Shown here: piece after piece, positions 55,838 to 64,000 of the stretch
How the letters are laid out: every line of letters begins with the position of its first letter
How positions within the stretch are numbered: position 1 is the first letter of the stretch
Assembly: GCA_965153455.1 (NCBI GenBank)
Contig: OZ234493.1
Location: 13,444,213-13,508,212 of the forward strand
Length of the DNA: 64,000 bases
Source of the DNA: Sphagnum compactum
Taxonomy: Eukaryota
Direction of reading: 5' to 3'
Made by a program: the position numbers and the translations under genes
The notes under the pieces: generated by a model
What the model saw: only the letters and a program-made list of their open reading frames with translations
Databases searched by the model: none
Told to the model about the DNA's origin: nothing

Positions 55838-58048
55838 TTGAGGAACTACCCAAACAACCAATTGAGTGGAAAAAAGTTATGTAACCAAGCTGCCTTGAAG
55901 GCTCTGAAAGTCACTTTAATGGGGTATGCAGCAATCTAATGGCATATGATTCAACATTCAATGTCCACCTTCAAATTGTTAATCATTTTGACTTTGATTG
56001 AATCCAATTAAATTTCTATGTTGGGGTCCACAATCAGGTGGGCATTTTCCACTTCACAATCTGCTAAATGGTAGTACAAACAAAAAAATAACAACAAAAA
56101 ATAATAATGATAACAATAATAATAAGTAAATCAAATATTGCTCATACCTCTTTAATGTTATGGGTCTTTTAAAAAAAAAAGCTCAGGACAGAGATAAATT
56201 CTCTAGCACTTGTTACCAAATGTTTTCATGAATTGGGAACCTGGCATAATTAGAAGTGACCATCAACAGCATGTAAGCCTTAAGGGCATGTCATATGTAG
56301 CTGCTAGTGTGCTAGGTTTTTATTTGACTAAAAGATTACATGGACAACCATTGCTAGGGTTTGCATGACCTAGGGTTGTTCCTAGTAAGAGGTTACAACT
56401 AGTTTTGGCTGGTTGTTGTTTTTTGCAAGAATTGTAGGGTTTGGGTTTAGAGGTTTTCAAAATTTTAAAATAAATGAATATAAAATAAAAATTCAAATGG
56501 AATTTTTGTCAGTTTTGGGTCTCATGAATATTTTCAAAAATTAAAACTTGTTGATTCTAAGGTTGGGCGAAAATTTCTTGACCAACAATTTCAGGTTCAA
56601 TGCGCCTAATTTATATGAAAACCTCTGGTTTCGAGTTTAGATTAGGGCTGATTTCAACTTCTTCTTGGGGACAGTTCCAAAGTTGATGTTTAAGTGGTTT
56701 TGATTTTTAAATATTAGTCCATTTTCAGATTTGTCTTCATCGTCTAACTAACGTCCTTGTTTGAGTTCCTCTTTGAAGGTGGATTCAAACTTGTCCTTTT
56801 ATCACACATCTAAAAAGCCTTATTGAAGCTTGGATCAAGAGTGAATGTCACAATGGTCGCTTAAGATTAGGATAGGTCAAATGCCAACCCCTAAAGATAG
56901 AACAAAATCTTCTAACAAGGAAATTCATATAAATAAATAAATAAATAAATGATTATCTTTGGAAATAAATAAATAAATAAATAAATTCATATCCTTTGTG
57001 GTTACTTCATGTAGGTTGGACTCTGTGTAAAGGATCTTAAGAACCTTGGGTTGGATCTTGTTGACCCAAGCTTTTCTTGGGTTGGGGTTTTTGAGTCTTG
57101 AGGTGGAGTCTTGACCCAAGGTGACTCTTATGGTGAGTTTTGTTTTGCATAGAACCACAGGATCAAGTTTTTAAAACCAGACTGTGGGCTAGAATGTCCT
57201 TGTGCCTACTATCCAGACTTTTAAAAACATGGTAAAGGTTTTGATAATGTGAAGCGTTAGCATATTAGTTAATGATCGGGGTAAACAAACCTCCTAAATG
57301 AATCAACCCATCATGGCTTCATGTATATATATACACAATTGATACATTTTGGATGTTCATTTTTGTCTCTATGTTTAGATACATATATACGGAGGTTGAT
57401 TATTTAGAAATCTAAAATCTTAGACACACCTCCTAATAAATTGACATTGATGGACTTCTTGGGGATTTTAAAAATATTTTATTGGCAATGTTAATTGTGC
57501 TAGCAAAAGGTTATACTTTAAAATACATTAACCTACACATATCAATTAATTATTCAAATCATCACCCATTCACCTCACTTGGATAGTAGTAGGCTAGAAT
57601 GTCCTTATGCTCAGAGTAAGCATCAACACAATATGTATATGTACATTTTGTATATGTGTATGTGTATACAAGGTTATGGGGTTGGTTGGATGTTGGAAGC
57701 ATACATGTCAAGTGGTCTCTCAAGGGGTTTTCATTTTTGAAAAAAACATGTTCCTTTTATATATGTAAGCATGTATTGTAGGTGGAGGTAAAATATTAGA
57801 ATTTTTTCAAAACATGAAACTTGATTATTGTCATTTCAAAATTTGTAAATGTTTTAAATAAATGTTTCTTGAAATTGTTTTTGTGTTTCAAAATGATTAC
57901 TATTATGAGATAGTTTGTGGCTTTGCATCCCAAATCTTAGCATGATTATTACCACCTTAAAATAATACATCCCCTCACATTCTAAAGATAAATTGAGAAT
58001 GTTTGAAGCTAATCCAAAAAGCTATATCTCCACCTTGCATTGACTATA

Positions 58049-58465
58049 CTAGTATGGCCTATGCCATTGGCCCAAGTGTGAACTTGTCACCCAACTAATT
58101 GAATTTGAATTGAATTTGTTATTGGATCTTTGATGTCAACAATTAGTAAAAACTCAATATCTCTTTCACCTTAGGTCTAGAAATTATAAAATACCATCCA
58201 TAAAATCTTACTAATTAAACACTTTCCAAAAAATGAAAAATGCATTTGAAGTTTTATGAAATTTTCAGTTTTGATTTTATGAAATTTACAGTGACAAAAT
58301 TGTTCAATATTCATTAGCTCTTGCATCTTAGTTTTAAAGGTAATGAGACAACCTTGATGCACCCTTACTCATGGAGGGCTTCCAAGAGTATCAAGAGTGT
58401 GATGAGGGCATTGTCGTTTGAGAGATTTGAATATGACAAACAAACAAACAACCTTCCTTAATAGA
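58049..58465 (-). mobile_element. Non-autonomous Helitron, copy B
   Basis: Minus strand A|TCTATTAAGGAAGG ... TTGGGCCAATGGCATAGGCCATACTAG|T, with a GGCC..GGCC hairpin-like segment before CTAG. Confidence 0.75.
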
Positions 58466-61400
58466 TGGGTCCATTATGCCTACTCATAGGTGAAGTTCTC
58501 TTCCCCTTGTATGCCTTGAGAGCTACATACATTTAGGTTCATGATAAACTCACCTTGTGCTTTATGATGATAATAAAACTCACGGGTTGGGGACATTTGG
58601 GGCCAAATTTGGCTACCACCTCATCCTAGGCCCCTTATTTTCAAAATGCACCCACTTTGGAGCTTTACACTAAATTATCAATTGAGAATCACAAAAATCA
58701 ACAAGAAGTAGAAGTGAGAATACAAACTAGTAGAACATGGTGGTTTCAAGTTTGAAGAAATAGAAGCTATCTTAAATTTTGCAAGATCATGCAACACTAG
58801 GAGTTAAGTATCACAAGTTCATTTAGTCTTTTCACATATTTTCTTCATCCTATCCTGAATGCAATTGCTCCCTATGTATATGTCCATTTTAATGTAGTAT
58901 CTTGGTGGCTTCAGTACATGTCTGTCAAATAATGAATTTTGAAGATTTCATTTTGAAAAATAGTTTCAATTTTATTTTTTTGCATTTTTTTCCATAAAAA
59001 GGATTTCTCTTCGAGAAAAGTAGTTTTGGAAAATTTTCAGAAAAATATATTACAGCCTAGGGTCAGCTTTCACATTGACAAGATGAGTAATTATTATTTA
59101 AAAATTTGAAATTACTTTTATTTTCATGATCTATTGCAATATTATGAGGAGTCAAACCATTCAGATTGTAGCCTGCAAAAATTATGAAATTTTTCACACT
59201 TCTACTTCATATTTTCATGAAAATTCCTTTCACTATTTTAAAGATTATTTAATGACAAAATTGCAAAATAGCTTGTGCCAAAGTTATATCTTGCATTTGG
59301 TGGGGGTCTTAAGCATTTACATCTCACATTTGCAAAGTTGTATATGCATATTGGGTCAAAACCAGTGTTGCCAAGTTGTGGGGTTAGGTTATAGATCAAG
59401 TTTTAGCATTCTCAACGAATTGAGTTTTGTTGGAACCACCATTGAAACCTAATCAGGTAATAAATATTTTTTCAAAATTGGACAAAAACTTGAACTAAAA
59501 TGCCAACCCATTTAAAATAATTTTAAGTTCTCTAAGTAGATAAGTATCACTTTATATTAATAAAAAAAATTGACACTACATTTTAAACAAGTTATTACAT
59601 TTGATTGATTATACATAATTAATATTATTTGAACAATGTGCACTAACTAAACAAACTAGATAATATTACACAAAATAATTTTTTGTTTATTTGTGTATAT
59701 CGAAGATGGAATCGGACCTTGTCTTAAACCGCACTATCTATCTTAAACCATAAACCTCTGATGTGGTTCTTTCTCGTAAGCTGAACAACATCGGAGGTGT
59801 ACCTTTAAGAAAAAAGAAAAAAGAAAAAACTGAGACCAAAGGTTCCTTTGACAACACTTGTTAAAACTTCCAAACATTATTATACATACATACATACGTA
59901 TATACATACATAAGTAGACACATAAATACATACTCTTAATATATACAGTGGTATATAAATTGGTATGTACATCACAAATTGGTGTGTGTGTTTTTGTTTG
60001 TGGGAGATTTTTTTGAATACCCAAATTTTGCGCTTTTTGGAGCCACAAACGTCTTCTCCAGTCGTCTCCTCTTTCTCACACACACAGAACAAGTTTTGCA
60101 CAATAAACTCAAAACTCATGAAAAGCTCATGTCTCAGTCTCGTTAGCCTGGTTCATAATAAGTGTGCATTTTGCTCCTTCGTGCATTTGTACCTCTCTCT
60201 GTCTCTCTCTCTTCTCTCTCTCTCTCTCAAAGTGAACTCTTTCTCTCACACCCACACTTTAAACACACAAAGGAGCTTGTACAGCAAACTCAAAACTCGT
60301 TCTTAGCTACTCATTTTTCAGCTCCCAATAGGTTATAGCTCAAAAATAATTGTTTTTTGTGTTTCTGTTTTTGCATTCAACAATAGGGGTTTTTTTTCAT
60401 TAAAAAAATTGTAGCTGAACATCCTCAGGAGGAGTGCTTTGCTAGAAGTGGTGGTGTAGTTTGTGTACATATCATTACTTCTTATGACATTTTGTCTGAT
60501 AAGGTAGAACTGCAAAAAAATGAGTGGTTTAAGCTTTTTTCCATAGTATTTTTTACAATACGTTTGTTGTAGGTGTAGGTGTTGTTGTTGTTGTTTGTAT
60601 TTTTAGTGGGGACTGCATTCTCTGTTTGGCTTGCACTTGTTTTGAGGTTATGTTTTTTTTTTGGGAGGATAGAGGTCAACAGAGCGAGCTTTGTTGAGCT
60701 GATGAGTTTGGGAGTTGAGATGAAGTGAGAGAGCATTTGTTGAACTTCAGGCATTTTTGTGAAGTTCTGGATTGTGTTTTGTTGGGAAAAAAAGAGCTTA
60801 GAATTGGGACTTGCAGCGGATTTCCAAGTCTGGAGTTTTGAAGTTGGCGATGGAGTTCTTCAACTTTTTTGCTTAGGCTTGTTCTCTGTCTTTGTTTTTG
60901 TGTGTGTGTGTGTGTGTTTGTGTGTTTTGAAGCTTACTGTCCTGTGAAGCTCTTTGTCAACAGCTTTTGCAATCTCTATAGCTCAACAACAACAACGAGG
61001 GTTGAAGGTTTTTGTCACCATTTTTGGAATTGGCTGTTGTTTTTCTTGTGTACCTATATGTGAAGGAGTTGTTGCTGTGTTCTAGACTGGGGGTTCTTCA
61101 TCTCTCCTTTCTATTCTGTAGAGGAGAGCCTCTTCCTTACGGTTTCAATTTTAAAAAAAGGCAAAAAAGCCCCTTTCTACTTTCTTCTTCAGCTTCTTCT
61201 TCCTTATGGTCTCATAACAAACAAGGAAAAATAGCTAGCCTGTTCGACTTTCTCCTGCTTCTTCTTCTGCCTGGAGCTCCTTTTGTGTTTGAGCTTCTTC
61301 TCAGCTCTCAGTGTGTGTGTCCATAGAATATGGAGAGATGGTTCTTCTGTTTCTTTTCTTCTGCACTTCGTGTTTGTGTAAGGACGTCTCGAGGTCTGAG

Positions 61401-61563
61401 AGCTTCAACTTCTTGTTTCCACTTCCAATTGTAGAAGAAGACAACTGGTAAGTTTTGGAGCTTTTGTAGCTGGCAGCCAGCTCCCCGTGAAAGCTTGAGA
61501 GACATACTAGGCATCATTGAGAGCTTCCGACGGAATTTTTTTTTGCTTTCAGCCAGCAAGCAA

Positions 61564-61739
61564 ATGGCGAAGCTTGCAATGTGCGGAGGAGGTGCAGCAG
61601 GGATGATGGTGATGGTCATGTGAGGATGCTAGCGGTCGTGCTTGTTATGGGGGTGGCGCAGCAACATCGGGGGAAACCTCAGCTCTGCACCTCATCATCA
61701 TCAGTTGCAGTCGACGACGAGCTCGACCAAACGCTCTAA
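61564..61739 (+). promoter_or_regulatory. Two tandem upstream ORFs before the sulfurase-like CDS
   Basis: uORF1 is 61564-61623, MAKLAMCGGGAAGMMVMVM*. uORF2 is 61626-61739 (37 aa), and its TAA overlaps the main ATG (TAATG). A candidate 5'-UTR intron spans 61448-61552 (gtaagt...ttgctttcag). Confidence 0.5.
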
Positions 61740-63979
61740 TGTTTTTCAAAGTATGTCGAGGTTCAACAGTAGACGAGGATGCGCATCATCACGCAGCTCA
61801 TGTGCAGGAGAAGAAGACCAAGAACTTGCCGTCGTTTTCTAACCCTTTCCACAACTATACCAAGTCCAAACAACGCTCCAAGCTTGTGGACGCAAGTCCC
61901 ATCTCCGACGACGATGCAGCAGCAGAAGCATCCCCGATCATCATCGGTTCTCGAGGAAGAGGAGGGGAGGACAATAAGAAAACAACGAGCTCCAAAACCT
62001 CGTCGATCAACCTTATTGGAAGAGCTAGCTCCAAGAAGGACTTTGTCAAGCGCACAGCCCTAGGAACAGGGACACAACACAGTTTTCATGATCCACACAG
62101 TCTGCCATCCTTGGACTTAGCATTCCAGAGCTTCAAGCAGGTGTATCCAAGGTTTGAAGAAACTGTAGCTGTTGATTTTCTACGAGACAGGGAGTATCAT
62201 GGACAATGTCTTCTTGCAGCAGAAGAGGAAAATGGACATGTGGTTTTGGACTATTGCGGTTTTGGACTCTTCTCACAATGGCAACAGGTGTGTGTGTGTC
62301 CATCATCTGTTACTGTGTTCTCTCTGTGCTTCATGCTCTTCATGCTCAGAAGTATCCTCTTCATGCCTAATTGTGATTCTATAACAAAAATATCTGGAGA
62401 AATTTTTTGTTTATATTCTCTTCATGCTGATTGCGTGATTCTAGAGCACAAATGTCTTGAGAATCTCACTGTTTTGATGTATGTGCTCTTCATTGTCTTC
62501 ATACAGATTGTGATTCTAGGTTATGAATGTCTGGAGAATTTTAACAGTTTCTATATATTTGCTCTTTATGCTCTTTATACTGACTATAGTCCTCCTACAC
62601 AAATGCCTGGAGAATTATACTGATTCTATGTATGTGCTCTTCCTGCTCTTGATACCAATTGCAGTTCTAGAAGGCAAGTGTCTGGAGAAGGTTTACTATT
62701 TCTATGCATGTGCTCTTCAAGCTCTTCATACAGATTGTGATTCTAGGTCACAAATGTCTGGCGTACTTCAATGTTTCTCTGTATTTTCTCTTCATGCTCT
62801 TCATACTGACTATGATTCTAGAACATGAATGTTTGGAGAAGTTTGCTGTGTCCATATGCATGTCCTCTTTATGCTCTTCATACTGAGTGCTGTTCTAGAA
62901 TGCAAATGTCTGGAGAAGTTTACTGTGTTTATGCATGTGCTCTTCATACTCTTCATACCAATTGCAGTTTTAGAATGTAAATGTCTGGAGAAGTTTTACT
63001 ATTTCTATGCATGTGCTCTTCATGCTCTTTGTACCAATTGTGTGAGTCTAGAACACGATTGTCTGGACAATCTTACTATTTCTGTGCATGTGCTCTTAAT
63101 GTGTTAATACTAATTGTGATTCTAGATTGTGAATGTGTGGAGAATTTGAGTCTTGCTCTGCATTTGCTCTTCATTCTCTTCATACTGCTTGTGATTTTTG
63201 AACACAAATGTGTGGGGAATTTTACTGTTTCTTTTTGTGTGGTCTTCATGCCTTTCATATTGATTGTGATTCTAGAACATGAATGTCTGGACAATTTTAT
63301 TGTTTCTAGTGCATATGGTTTGTGGATTTGAAATGCTGAGGGAAGTCTTACTATACTTTCTTTTTGCCTTTGGATGCACAATCAGGTCATGGAGCAAGAG
63401 TCTTCATCATTTGAGTTGGATTATATTTCCGCAAATCTTCCAACACATGCGTTGTATGGGTGTTCTGATGATGGAAGCCTGGAGTGCTACATCCGGAAGC
63501 GAGTCATGAGATATATGAATGTCAATCAAGCAGAGTATAGTATGGTGTTTACAATGAGCGTAGAGTCTGCATTCAAGCTTCTGGCAGAGTCATACCCATT
63601 TCCAATCAACAATCGGTTGCTCACCATTTATGATTATGAGAGTGAAGCAGTGAATGGAATGGTGGCGAGTGCAAGAGACAAAGGTGCAAAGATAATGACT
63701 GCCTCATTCAAGTGGCCATCGTTACGGATTGTGGCATCTGATCTGAAGTACAAGCTACGAGACAAGAAGAAGAAAAAAGAGCAACAAGCAAAGGGCTTAT
63801 TTGTATTCCCTGTTCAATCTCGATTCACAGGTGCTAAGTATTCGTACCAATGGATGTCTCAAGCGCAAGCAAATAAGTGGCATGTTTTATTGGATGCATC
63901 TGCTCTTGGCCCTAAAGATATGGACTCTCTCGGACTCTCGCTTTTCCGACCTGAGTTTATCGTGACATCATTTTACAAG
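61739..63979 (+). CDS. Molybdenum-cofactor-sulfurase-like, PLP-dependent (aminotransferase class V fold) protein; exons 1-2, gene continues beyond the window
   Basis: Exon 1 is 61739-62287 (...SLPSLDLAFQSFKQVYPRF...VVLDYCGFGLFS). Exon 2 is 63386-63979 (ISANLPTHALYG, EYSMVFT, AFKLLAESYPF, LLTIYDYESEAV, FKWPSLRI, GLFVFPVQSRFTGAKYSYQWM, WHVLLDASALGPKDMDSLGLSLFRPEFIVTSFYK), followed by a GT donor at 63980. The start codon is the first in-frame ATG after an upstream stop, so it is less certain than the rest. Confidence 0.9.
62325..63310 (+). repeat. Intronic minisatellite, ~13 diverged copies of a ~75-bp unit
   Basis: The core (T)TCTAG or its variants recurs at ~62379, 62441, 62516, 62594, 62667, 62743, 62818, 62895, 62970, 63048, 63122, 63197 and 63272. 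Approximate consensus: ATGTGCTCTTCATGCTCTTCATACTGATTGTGATTCTAGAACACAAATGTCTGGAGAATTTTACTGTTTCTATGC. Confidence 0.92.
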
Positions 63980-64000
63980 GTAATGAATGGTACACACATT

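Noticed and set aside
56330..56460. Interstitial telomeric repeat
   Set aside because: Only scattered TAGGGTT words, with no tandem TTTAGGG array.
62325..63310. CRISPR-like array
   Set aside because: Units are homologous along their whole length, with no unique spacers. It lies in a eukaryotic intron with no cas genes.

Overview
AT-rich, intron-containing land-plant nuclear DNA. It is most likely a bryophyte, and the repeat landscape suggests Sphagnum (inference). Three spliced protein-coding genes lie on the + strand, with exon phases checked by hand: (1) an 8-exon CLAVATA1/BAM-type LRR receptor kinase (16644-22011, 1040 aa); (2) a 10-exon myo-inositol-1-phosphate synthase (36304-39818, 511 aa); (3) the first two exons of a PLP-dependent molybdenum-cofactor-sulfurase-like protein (61739 to beyond the window end). 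The rest is transposon-derived: Tourist/PIF, CACTA and Mutator-type MITEs, non-autonomous Helitrons plus a Helitron Rep fragment, a decayed hAT transposase, a decayed chromoviral Ty3/gypsy 3' end and a solo-LTR-like unit, along with micro- and minisatellites. The most unusual observations are a Met/Cys-rich uORF followed by a second uORF whose stop overlaps the sulfurase-like start codon (TAATG), a frame-preserving 75-bp minisatellite filling that gene's first coding intron, a TTAA-CCCTAG (piggyBac-like) inverted-repeat unit with a near-perfect palindrome, a Y-shaped GC-rich hairpin, and an orphan ankyrin-repeat exon relic. Most short ORFs in the supplied track appear spurious.
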